This document shows positions 27,391 through 36,024 of a DNA stretch of 64,000 nucleotides, one piece after another. Each line of letters begins with the position of its first letter. Positions within the stretch are counted from its first letter, which is position 1. The stretch spans positions 371,256 to 435,255 of the forward strand of contig CAVQXR010000002.1 of assembly GCA_963717955.1 (NCBI GenBank), read 5' to 3'. The position numbers and the translations under genes were made by a program. The stretch is from an uncultured Thermoleophilia bacterium (GTDB lineage: Bacteria > Actinomycetota > Thermoleophilia > Gaiellales > Gaiellaceae). The notes beneath the pieces were generated by a model. That model worked only from the letters and a program-made list of their open reading frames with translations. It was not told where the DNA came from and did not search any database.

Positions 27391-28917
27391 TCAGGCCCGG
27401 CGCGCGAGAAAGCGGTGGCTACCCGTCACCGTCGTCACCTCGAGCTCGGGCCCTACGGTGGCCGTCGTGATCGGCGCGCCGTCGGGGCTCTCGACCGTCC
27501 ACGCGGAGGGCTCGTCGAGGTTGGCGATCCGGAAGCGGGTGGGCTGCCCGACCGCGCAGTCGTTCACCGTGTCGGTGGCGAGGAGCAGTCGGGCCTCGTC
27601 CGCGCCCCACCAAGCCTGGGTCAGGGTCATGCCGGGGAAGTCGATCCCGCAGACCGTCGGCTGGCCGTACCGCTCGCCCGGTCCGAGGTTGAACAACCGC
27701 CACCACGCGCCCTCACTCATGACCTCGGCCGCAGCCATGGCGGCGTTGAACTGACCGCGTGGGTGCTCCTCGCCGAGACGAAAGCCCCACGTGAACTCCC
27801 CTCGCTCCCGATCCCAGGTCGGTTCGTAGTATTCGTCCGAGGCGTCCTGCACGGCGTCGGCGAGCGCGACGAGACCGCACTCCTTCGCCAGGTGGATGAG
27901 CATCGGCGTACGCTGCGGACCGGGCAGCTCCGCCGGTGACGCCATTCCGGCCACCCCCGTCTCGGTGATCACCGCATCCAGCAGCGCGCGGGCCTCGGTC
28001 GGCTTCTGCGGAGCCAGGAAGTAGGCGGGAAACAGGCCCGCCCGCCCAACGGGGAGGCGGTGGTGGTGGTCGATGGTCGGGTCGTAGTAGAACGTGACGT
28101 CGGCGGCCGGCAGCCCGTTTCTGAAGCCGAGGTAGTCACGGCGGGCGGTCCGCGACCACCACTCCTCGAACGCCTCGTGATGCTCCGTTCCGTACGCGAT
28201 GTCGTGGAGCCTCAGACCGAGGCCCGCGGCCGCCAGTCACAAGGGCCACACCTTCGTGTTCTCGCAATGCGGACCGTTCGGCACCTGCCGCCACTGGTCG
28301 GCGAGGAACTCGGAGATCGCCGAGTGCGTCCACGTGAAGGTGTGCTCCCCGTCCCGGATCATCTCGAACGGGCGGTTCCACTTCCCGTCGCCGGTCGTTC
28401 GCACGTGCAGACCGAGCAGCACGAGGAAGAACCCCCGGAAGAACAGGTTCCCGTCGGCGCGAATCGGATCCCACTGAACGCCCCACGGCTCGATTCCGTT
28501 TGCCGTCCAGCCAGGGACGTCGTACTGGCCCCAGCGATCTGCCGGGATGACCGCTCGATACGCATCCGGATAGGAAGCTCGGCCCGGATCGTGACCGAAC
28601 TGGGTCAGCCAGTCGGCCGCAGCCCACCAGCCGGTGTGTCGGAACACCAACTCCTCGAGGATGCGGTGGTAGACCTCGCGCCAGGCAGGCGTCAGGTCGG
28701 CCATCAGCGCGACGGCGTACGAGGAGTTGACGAGGTCGAAGCGGTGCCACGATAGCTCGGGCGCGTCGCTCCGATCGTCCCAGTGGGGGTGCGGTCGCCC
28801 GTCCCGATCCCATGAATCGGGTGTGGTCGCTTTCCGGTACAGGTAACGAAGCCAGCCCACCGAGCGGCGGGACAGCGCCGGATAGCCCGTCCACGTGCGA
28901 GGCGCGCTCGTCGTCAT
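27391..28917 (-). CDS. linalool dehydratase/isomerase (Ldi)-like protein, one continuous 508-codon frame with a single in-frame TGA at 28239-28237 (candidate selenocysteine or nonsense pseudogene)
   Basis: Track ORFs 28237-28917 and 27391-27972 are in the same frame (coordinates congruent mod 3). My translation of the 264 nt between them has no stop: LAAAGLGLRLHDIAYGTEHHEAFEEWWSRTARRDYLGF... The context is HCENTKVWPL-TGA-LAAAG. Confidence 0.7.
28207..28225 (-). promoter_or_regulatory. SECIS-like hairpin 11 nt downstream of the in-frame TGA
   Basis: The mRNA forms GGGCCUC-GGUCU-GAGGCUC, 7 bp including one G-U pair, with the loop containing GGUC. Confidence 0.25.
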
Positions 28918-29239
28918 CGCCGTCGACGCGGCTCAGGCTGCGCGGCCCGGGCGATCTCGGGGCGAGAGACGAAGGCGGCGCTGTCTCTCTCGCCTGCGGA
29001 CACGTCGACATGCCGCTGGGCACCGATCGCAGGCTGGCTCAGGCCCATGCAGAGGCACGATACTCCTCGAAGCGCTCGAGCCCGTCGCCATGCATCGAGG
29101 GCCGCGAAGCCGGTCGTATTCGGACCTGGGACCCACATCGATCGTGCGGAGAGCGCGGGTACCCGTCTGTCCGATCATAGCTTGGCCTGTTGCGCGAGGC
29201 ATCGGCAGGGATCCCGCGGCCCCCGCGTCCGGGTCCCGG

Positions 29240-29475
29240 TCAGGCGGGCGGCTGGATCAGCTCGACGGTGATCCGGTCGGGATCGCAGGTACAGCGCCCT
29301 CCCGCCCGCGGCCGGGTCGTCGACGTCGGCCGGGACGACGACCGGCGGTGAGCGAGGCGGTAGGTCTAAAGGTCGGCGGCCTGCCCGGCGGAACGTGGTA
29401 CTGGATCAGCTCGCGGGTCGCCCGTCAGCCGATCCTCTGGCGTGTTGTGGAGCACCGCGAGGTCGCGGAACGAGG
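29240..29475 (-). pseudogene. decayed remnant of a VOC/glyoxalase-family gene (C-terminal half, at least 2 frameshifts)
   Basis: Three minus-strand frames give ELIQYHVPPGRP, then VVVPADVDDPAAGGRALYLR, then DPDRITVELIQPPA-stop. Together they match the C-terminal module of VOC proteins. Confidence 0.4.
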
Positions 29476-29478
29476 AGC

Positions 29479-30279
29479 CTAACGGGTCATGGCTCGGCGT
29501 CGGGTCTCGCTCCGCGCTCTGCCCGCAACGCCGCGATCTCGGCACGGAGGCTCTCGAGTGCGGCCGTCAGCTCCCCGACGCCAGCCGTCTTCCGATGGCC
29601 CGGCCTCCTCGTCGGCCCCGGTCCCTTTCCGGGCGGCGGCGAGCTCGTCGAGGAACGAGGCAAGGCTCGCTGCGACCGTTCCGAGCAGCCCGACGCCGAC
29701 GAACATCAGCAGCACGGCCATGACGCGGCCCGTTCCCGAGACGGGCGTGAAGTCGCCGTAGCCGACCGTCGTCACGGTGACGAAGGCCCACCAAACCCCG
29801 TTCTCGAAGCTCTCGAACGTCTCGGGCTCGGCCCGCCACACGATCGCGCCCGCGATGAAGACCGATGCGAGCACCACGATGGCAGGGGCACCCAGGCGCT
29901 GAGCCAGCCGGCGAAGCGGGGCGGTCCTGAGCCCGATCGCGAGAATGCGAGCGATCCGCGCGAGCCGGAGAAGCCCGAGGACAGCCAGCCCACCGAGACC
30001 GGGGATGAGGTACCAGGGGAACGTTCCGACCACGATCACGAGATCGAAGACGCCGACCCGCGTATGGAGGTAGTCCCGTCGGTAGTGCACGTGGACCGCG
30101 AGATCCACGAGGAAGACCGCCCACGCGGCGAGCTCCACGAGCACGGTCACGAGGTCGCGGTCTGCATCCGTGAGGGCCGGGACGAGGGGTGCGATCGCGG
30201 CCGCGATGATGAACGGAGTTGCGCGACGCTCCCAGCGAGCGAGCCGCGGGTCGGGCGCGTCGTTGCGCGGCTCGCTCAT
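29479..30279 (-). CDS. potassium channel (2TM/6TM-type pore protein)
   Basis: Selectivity filter VTVTTVGYGDFTP, with hydrophobic helices before and after. 266 aa. Confidence 0.85.
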   Translation of the reverse strand: MSEPRNDAPDPRLARWERRATPFIIAAAIAPLVPALTDADRDLVTVLVELAAWAVFLVDLAVHVHYRRDYLHTRVGVFDLVIVVGTFPWYLIPGLGGLAVLGLLRLARIARILAIGLRTAPLRRLAQRLGAPAIVVLASVFIAGAIVWRAEPETFESFENGVWWAFVTVTTVGYGDFTPVSGTGRVMAVLLMFVGVGLLGTVAASLASFLDELAAARKGTGADEEAGPSEDGWRRGADGRTREPPCRDRGVAGRARSETRRRAMTR

Positions 30280-30299
30280 CGCCGGACATCATCGCGGCC

Positions 30300-30461
30300 G
30301 TGTCCGACGGAGCGGTCTCCCGTGCTCCAGGCAGCTGCGGCGCGTCGCCATGCGCCGTCCTGGGTCGCGCCCGCCTCCACCGAGACGGGCCTTCGCTCGT
30401 CCCTGCCCGGGCTGCGTTTCGTGCCCTGGAGCGGCAGGGAATCTCCGGGGCGGGGCACTAG
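30300..30461 (-). repeat. CTAG-bounded inverted-repeat element, copy D (left end diverged or truncated)
   Basis: The right end ...ctccggggcggggcactag and the interior (gtcgccatgcgccgtcctgggtcgcgccc...) align with copy C. It fills the 193-bp divergent intergenic region. Confidence 0.7.
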
Positions 30462-30472
30462 GATGACCGGTC

Positions 30473-32897
30473 ATGGACCGGGCGCGCGTCGTGGTCATCG
30501 GCGGAGGCATCACCGGCTGCAGCGTCGCGTACCACCTCGCGAAAGCGGGGTGGCGTGACGTCCTGCTGGTCGACAAGGGGCCGCTGACGAGCGGTTCGAC
30601 GTGTCACGCGGCAGGGCTCGTCACCCAGTTCAATCCCTCGCCGGCGATGATGCGGTTTCGCCGTTACTCGATCGAGCTCTACAAGGAGCTCGGCGTGTTC
30701 GAGGCCGTCGGAAGCCTCCGGATGGCGTCGAGCCGCCGGCAGCTCCAGGAGCTCGAGCGGGGTGTCAGCCGGGCGCGGGGGATCGGGCTCGACGTCGAGC
30801 TGCTCGGGCCGGAAGAGGCGGTTCGCCTGATGCCGGCGGCGACCGGGCAGTCGCTGTTCGGCGCGGTCTGGATGCCCGGGGACGGCTACCTGGACCCCCA
30901 CACGGCGACCTACGGGCTGGCCGACGCGGCTCGGACGCTCGGAGTGACGATCGCGACGGGGAACCGTGTCACCGGGATCGAGCTCTCCCCGCGCCGTGAG
31001 GTCGCGGCCGTGCTCACCGAGCACGGGCGGATCGAGACCGAGGCCGTGGTCGACGCTGCCGGGATCTGGGCGCCCCAGGTCGCGGCGATGGTCGGAGCAT
31101 TCGTGCCCTCGACGCCGGTCGATCATCAGCACGTCCTCCTGCGGCCCGTCGCCGGGCACGAGCTCCCGCGTGAGATGCCGTGCTTCCGCGACCCGGACAA
31201 CCTCGTGTACGGGAAGGCGGAGTCCGGCGGGATGCTCTTCGGCGGCTACGAGCCGAACCCGGTCGCCCGCTGGATCGACGGCGTTCCCTGGGAGCACGGC
31301 GAGCAGGCCCTCCCGTCCGATCTCGGGCGTTTCGAGCAGCTCCTCCACGGGGCTGCCCGCCGCTTCCCGTTCCTCGCCGAGGCGGAGATCGCCGCGCTCG
31401 TCTGCCACCCGGACGCTATGACCTCCGACGCGAACCCGCTGCTCGGACCCGTACCGGACGTTCGCGGCTTCTGGATGGCGGCCGGCCTCTCGCTGAACGG
31501 CTTCGGCGGTGCCGGTGGGCTGGGCAAGGCGCTCGCGGAGTGGATGACGTCCGGCGAGACCGAGGTCGACGTCAGCGCCTATCGGCCTTGGCGGTTCGGG
31601 CAGCCCTACCGCGACCCATCCTATGCGGCCGAGACCGCCCGCGAGACGTACCGGTACTACTATCGGCAGCGGTACCCGTTCGACGCCGACGAATGGGGGC
31701 GACCGCACCGCGTGAGCTCGCTGCACGGGCGAACGCAGGAGCTCGGTGCCGTCTTCGGGACGAAGAACGGCTGGGAGCGTCCCGACCTCTTCGAGCCCGG
31801 CCGTCCGGCGCGCCGTGCGGGGGCCGACCAGCGCGCCTTCGGCTTCACCACGCCGCCGTGGTTCGAACGGCTGCGCGTCGAGCACGAGGCGTTCCGGGAG
31901 CGGGTCGGGATCATCGACATGACGTCCTTCGGGAAGATCGATGTCGCGGGCCCCGGGGCCCTCCCGCTGCTCGAACGGGTCTGCGACAACCTCGTCGATC
32001 GCCCGTCGGGACGGGTCGTCTACACCCAGTTCCTCGACGATCGGGGTGGGATCCTGGCCGACGTCACCGTCACGCGACTCGGTGAGCACCGCTTCATGGT
32101 CGTCACCGGCGCGGGTGCGGTCGCGGCCGACCTCGGGTGGCTCCAGCTGAACGTCCGGGAGGAAGACGGGTCGGTCGAGCTCCGCGAGGCGAGCGAGGAG
32201 CTCTGTGTGATCGGGCTCTGGGGGCCGCGAGCGCGTGACGTCCTCTCCGGGGTCACGCCCGACGACCTGTCGTCCGTGGCGTTCCCGTTTCGCACCGCGC
32301 GCCGTGTCCGCGTCGGCGGGGCGATCGTGCTCGCCCAGCGCATCACCTACGTGGGCGAGCTCGGCTACGAGCTGTACGTCGAGCCTCGCTGGGCCGTCCA
32401 GGTCTGGGACCGTGCTCATGGCCGCCGGCCGGGACCACGAGATCGAGCCGGCCGGGTACCGGGCGCTCGAGGGCCTGCGGATGGAGAAGGGTTACCGGTA
32501 CTTCGGCACCGACCTGACACCCGGGGACAGCCCCGACGAGGCCGGGCTCGGCTTCTGCGTCGCGCTCGAGCGTAAGGCGGAGTTCAACGGCCGCCATGCC
32601 GTCGAGGCGGCGCGCGAGGCACCGCTCGGTCGCCGCATCCGAACCCTGCTCGTCGGCTACGACGAGTACCTCCCGCTGTACGGGGGTGAGGCCGTTCATG
32701 CCGCCGGCCGTGTCGTCGGGCGGCTTCGCAGCTGCGCCTACGGGTTTACCGTGCGGCGCAACATCGCGTACGCCTACCTTCCCGTCGAGCTCTGTCCCGG
32801 CTCGACGGTCGAGGTCGAGCTCTTCGGCAGGCGGGTGGGCGCCGCGGTCGTCGACGACGCCGTCGTCGACCCGTCGCACGAGCGCCCGGCGGTTTGA
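30473..32897 (+). pseudogene. dimethylglycine oxidase / sarcosine dehydrogenase-like FAD oxidoreductase with C-terminal GcvT aminomethyltransferase domain; one frameshift near 32410
   Basis: N-terminal VVVIGGGITGCSVAYHLA dinucleotide fold. Frame 1 runs to ...GELGYELYVEPRWAVQVWD. The continuation VLMAAGRDHEIEPAGYRALEGLRMEKGYRYFG... is in the frame of ORF 32235-32897. Confidence 0.85.
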
Positions 32898-33236
32898 GGG
32901 TGGATCAGCCGGCTGCGGGCACATGCGCGCGGGCGCCGGACGATCCTCAGCACGAGCATCGAGGCGGCGAGCGCGAGCACGCCCGCCGCGATGAAGGCGG
33001 GCCGGTCCAGCGTGTGCTCGAGCTCACGGGAGCGGGACGCGCCCGGCCGAGCCCCGCGATGCCGCTGTGGGAGGATGCGCAGCGAACGATGCGAGGACGA
33101 CTCGGCGGGGTGGACATCGACGATCTCCTGCACCGCCTGCGGGTGGTCGTTGAGCGAACCCTGGGAACCGCCGCCTCGCGCGGCGGATCGGCTCGGTCGC
33201 CGGCGCGGCGGCCAGTTCCGGCGGTAGATCGGGCAC

Positions 33237-33848
33237 TCAGTCCGTGATGAGCACCGAGCGGATCGCGGCTTTCGGGTCGTCAGCCAGCGGGCGACCGTGG
33301 TCGAGGCACAGCACGGCGAAATCGAGCTCGAGCAGGCGTTCGACGCTCCGACGGGTCGCGTCCGGGCTCTCGTGGTACTCGAACGGCACGAAGGCCAGCC
33401 CTCCATCTCGCTCCATGAGCAGATCGGAGCAGAACAGGACGCCCGGCTCCTGCTCGAGCAGGAACGAGTAGTGCGCGTCCTCCGGACCCGGCGTGTGGAT
33501 CACCCGAAGCCCACCAGGGAGGACGTCGCCGGCACGGTACCGGGCGTCGGGCTCCTGCTCCATCGCCCGCGTCTTCGGAGCGTGAACCGGGGCACCGAGC
33601 TCGCGTCTGTACCGCCATGCGGATCGCTGGTGGCACTGTGCGGTGAGGCAGATCGCGCGCACCGGCTCCAGGCGCCGGAGCGCCGCGTCGGCGAGCGGCA
33701 GAGGGTCGATCAGCACCGACCCCTCGGGCGTGGCGACCGCGTGCGCCGCGCTCATGCTGCCCCCGATGCGCTCGTCGCGCAGACGCCAGTGCCAGACGCC
33801 CGGCGCGACGTCGACCAGCTCGGAGGCGGTTGCGGTCGGTTCAGTCAT
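33237..33848 (-). CDS. MBL-fold metallo-hydrolase
   Basis: About 203 aa from ATG 33848 (MTEPTATASELVDVAPGVWHW). The overall beta-lactamase-fold pattern was recognised by eye, and the metal-binding motif is atypical. Confidence 0.6.
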   Translation of the reverse strand: MTEPTATASELVDVAPGVWHWRLRDERIGGSMSAAHAVATPEGSVLIDPLPLADAALRRLEPVRAICLTAQCHQRSAWRYRRELGAPVHAPKTRAMEQEPDARYRAGDVLPGGLRVIHTPGPEDAHYSFLLEQEPGVLFCSDLLMERDGGLAFVPFEYHESPDATRRSVERLLELDFAVLCLDHGRPLADDPKAAIRSVLITD

Positions 33849-33986
33849 CGGCTCGATCCTACCGCGAGATCCGCTTCCCGAACCGCTCCCGGTCCGGCCT
33901 TCGTTGGCGTGATCGGACACGCAGTCGACACGAAGACGGCACAAACCGCGCACCATCCGTCACGTCGATCCAACTAGCCTCGAGGC

Positions 33987-34265
33987 ATGGGAGCAGTGGC
34001 CACGACACCCTGGGGACCTGCGCGAGTCGTCGAGGAGGTCACGATCGGCCAGGAGGGGGGCGGCAGGGAGTTCGCATCCCTCGTGCAGCTTCTGGCCGGT
34101 CCCGGCGGCGAGACTCTCGTCCGGTTTGCCTACACGACCGACGGCACGGCCAGGCGGGGCCCGGTGACGCTCCGGGCGGAAGACCTCGCCGCCCTGCACG
34201 AGGCATTGCGCGAGCATCGTGGGCTCGCGCGTGCGCTCGGGCTGCGCCCGAGGCGTGGCCCATGA
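33987..34265 (+). CDS. hypothetical protein
   Basis: 92-aa ORF with host-like GC3-rich codons. No recognisable motif. Confidence 0.4.
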   Translation: MGAVATTPWGPARVVEEVTIGQEGGGREFASLVQLLAGPGGETLVRFAYTTDGTARRGPVTLRAEDLAALHEALREHRGLARALGLRPRRGP

Positions 34266-34462
34266 CAGAACGGCACCTCCGTCCAGGGCGTGGTCGGCCG
34301 TCGCGAGGCCCGGGTGATCAGGGGAGCACCGGCTGGCCCGAGCCGCGGCCGGTGGCCCGACCGGTAGGCGATGGTCGCGGGGCGCGACGGTGACCCGATC
34401 GGGCGTGCAAGCGCCTCGACGTTCGCGAGCAGGTTGGGCAGGACGAGGCCCTCATGTTCCTC

Positions 34463-34609
34463 CTAGAAGGCCATTGCCAGGACGAAGATCACGACGAACA
34501 CCGCGAGGAAGATCAGCACGAACTGGATGACCCACCAGCCGAGGATGCCGAAGAAGAAGAACGGCCACAGCAGCCACTTCCATGTCTTGTAGTTCAGATC
34601 CTGCCTCAC
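34463..34609 (-). CDS. 48-aa hydrophobic (about 2-TM) Trp/Phe-rich mini-protein
   Basis: The GTG start (34609-34607) overlaps the TGA stop (34608-34606) of the upstream ORF as GTGA. The peptide is MRQDLNYKTWKWLLWPFFFFGILGWWVIQFVLIFLAVFVVIFVLAMAF. Codons are almost all G/C-ending despite low overall GC. Confidence 0.5.
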   Translation of the reverse strand: MRQDLNYKTWKWLLWPFFFFGILGWWVIQFVLIFLAVFVVIFVLAMAF

Positions 34610-34794
34610 GATTCCAAGTCCTTGCGAAGAATGAGAAGCTGGCCCACCCCGGCTCCCAGCCTCTTGTAGGAGAGCTTCTGGAAGGGGTACTTGCAGAGGA
34701 AGCACCACGAACCATAGATCGTCTTTGCGTCGTGGTATGCCGTCCGCTTCTTCCCGTTATCCATGCGGATTTCGCAGTCCGGCAGTTCCACCAT
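34606..34794 (-). CDS. 62-aa Lys/Tyr/Cys-containing small protein
   Basis: Track ORF MVELPDCEIRMDNGKKRTAYHDAKTIYGSWCFLCKYPFQKLSYKRLGAGVGQLLILRKDLES. GC3 is 50/62 by hand count while the segment GC is only mid-50s%, which supports this reading frame. Confidence 0.5.
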   Translation of the reverse strand: MVELPDCEIRMDNGKKRTAYHDAKTIYGSWCFLCKYPFQKLSYKRLGAGVGQLLILRKDLES

Positions 34795-34920
34795 CTCTTC
34801 GGTTCCAGCGAGACTCGATTCCCGGGGGACTCGGCTCCTGGGCTTCGGCTCCCGTGGGGCTCGACCGCAACGACGCGTCCGCGGGCGAGGGCGGCGAGGC
34901 GGCGAGAAGACGGCACGGGC

Positions 34921-35008
34921 GAGGAGGCCGAGCCGACACGTCGAGGAGGGCGAGCCGGCCCGGCGAGGAGGGCGAGCCGGCCCGGCGAGGAGGGCGAGAT
35001 GTGAACTG
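34921..35008. repeat. 22-bp tandem repeat: two perfect units (34943-34964, 34965-34986) flanked by degenerate units
   Basis: gaggagggcgagccggcccggc twice. The preceding unit gaggaggccgagccgacacgtc matches about 17/22. The following partial unit is gaggagggcgagat. Confidence 0.8.
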
Positions 35009-35032
35009 ACGACGTGAAGCGCAGCGCTGTGC

Positions 35033-35302
35033 TCAGAGCCGGATGAGCCGCACGACCTGGGCGAGGTTGAGGCTCCAGCCGACCCCGAAGACGTGCTCGG
35101 TGAAGAGGCGAGCGTCGTCGGGATTCCACCAGCGGTCCTGCACGCGCTCGATCGTTGGCGGCCGGAGCTCGTACGGGATAGCGCCCGCGATGCGGCCGTG
35201 CCACTGGCGCTCCTCGGGCGGCTTGCGTAGCTCCGTGGCCACCGCAGCGCCGACGAGCGCGAGGCCGACGAGCGTCAGGGCCTGGTTGAGACGGCCGGCC
35301 AC
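35033..35302 (-). CDS. small membrane protein (DUF5808-like)
   Basis: 89-aa ORF with one N-terminal TM. PYELRPPTIERVQDRWWNPDDARLFTEHVFGVGWSLN resembles the DUF5808 motif as I recall it. Confidence 0.5.
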   Translation of the reverse strand: MAGRLNQALTLVGLALVGAAVATELRKPPEERQWHGRIAGAIPYELRPPTIERVQDRWWNPDDARLFTEHVFGVGWSLNLAQVVRLIRL

Positions 35303-35304
35303 GC

Positions 35305-36024
35305 TCAGGCGGCCGGCGCGCCGGCGCGGGTGCGAGCAGCGTCCACGAGCGAGCCGAGAATCAGCGCCCCGTCCGTCGAGCCGATGAGTGGATCGACGGC
35401 GTGCTCGGGGTGCGGCATCAGGCCCATGACGTTGCCCTCGGCGTTCCGGACACCGCCGATGTCGGCGAGTGAGCCGTTGGGGTTCTCACCGGGCGCGTAG
35501 CGCAGGACGACCTGTCCCCCGCGCTCGAGGGCCGCCACGAGCTCGGGCGGTGCGAAGTAGCATCCCTCGCCGTGCTTGGCCGGGATCCGGAGCTCTTGTC
35601 CGTGCGCGCAGCGCGACGTGAACGGGGAGGCCGCGGTCTCGACGCGGAGCGCCACGTCGCGGCAGAGGAACCGGAGCGAGCGGTTGCGGAGCAGAACGCC
35701 CGGGAGCAGGCCCGCCTCGCACAAGATCTGAAACCCGTTGCAGATGCCGAGCACAGGGCCTCCCCCGGCGGCAAAGCGTGAGACTGCGCCCATCACGGGC
35801 GAGAACCGGGCAATGGCGCCGCAGCGGAGGTAGTCCCCGTAGGAGAAGCCGCCGGGAAGCACGACCGCGTCGACGTCGGGGAGCGTCCCACTGGCGTGCC
35901 AGACGGGCACTGCTTCGGCCCCGACGGCGTCGAGGGCCAGGGCCGCGTCACCGTCGTCGAGCGAGCCGGGAAAGCTGACGACGGCGATTCGCGGGCGAGC
36001 TGCCTCGCTCGTCAGATCGATCAC
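35305..36024 (-). CDS. purQ: phosphoribosylformylglycinamidine synthase glutaminase subunit PurQ
   Basis: GICNGFQILCEAGLLPG (Cys nucleophile) and MGLMPHPEH. The GTG 36024 start overlaps the purS stop. Confidence 0.9.
   Translation of the reverse strand: MIDLTSEAARPRIAVVSFPGSLDDGDAALALDAVGAEAVPVWHASGTLPDVDAVVLPGGFSYGDYLRCGAIARFSPVMGAVSRFAAGGGPVLGICNGFQILCEAGLLPGVLLRNRSLRFLCRDVALRVETAASPFTSRCAHGQELRIPAKHGEGCYFAPPELVAALERGGQVVLRYAPGENPNGSLADIGGVRNAEGNVMGLMPHPEHAVDPLIGSTDGALILGSLVDAARTRAGAPAA

Noticed and set aside
28914-29239. Possible small gene upstream of the Ldi-like gene (ORF 28914-29138 minus ends in ATGA overlap with its start; fragments such as MHGDGLERFEEYRAS occur in another frame)
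   Set aside because: No single frame gives a convincing protein. It may be another frameshifted small gene, but I cannot reconstruct it with confidence.
32898-33236. 340-bp convergent gap between the DMGO-like and MBL genes, containing a TM-like stretch (FIAAGVLALAASMLVLRIV) on the minus strand
   Set aside because: That frame has no plausible start and would have to overlap the DMGO-like 3' end by more than 100 nt before reaching a stop.
34318-34455. Third mini-ORF (45 aa, MRASSCPTCSRTSRRLHARSG...) whose ATG follows TAGGAGGAAC at the stop of the 48-aa ORF
   Set aside because: The SD-to-ATG spacing is only 3 nt and the peptide is Arg/Ser/Pro-rich like a shadow frame. Codon bias does not discriminate it from the other frames.
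34455-34800. Lower-GC patch considered as horizontally acquired DNA
   Set aside because: Third codon positions in the proposed frames remain about 80% G/C or higher. The dip is explained by amino-acid composition (K, Y, F, W, I, N), not foreign origin.
15799-35304. The 19.5-kb interval separating purL from purQ, considered as an inserted genomic island (it holds 4 of the 5 repeat copies)
   Set aside because: I saw no integrase, tRNA or flanking direct repeats, and codon usage looks native throughout. As I recall, purQ and purL are also separated by unrelated genes in mycobacteria, so the split is not unusual for the phylum.
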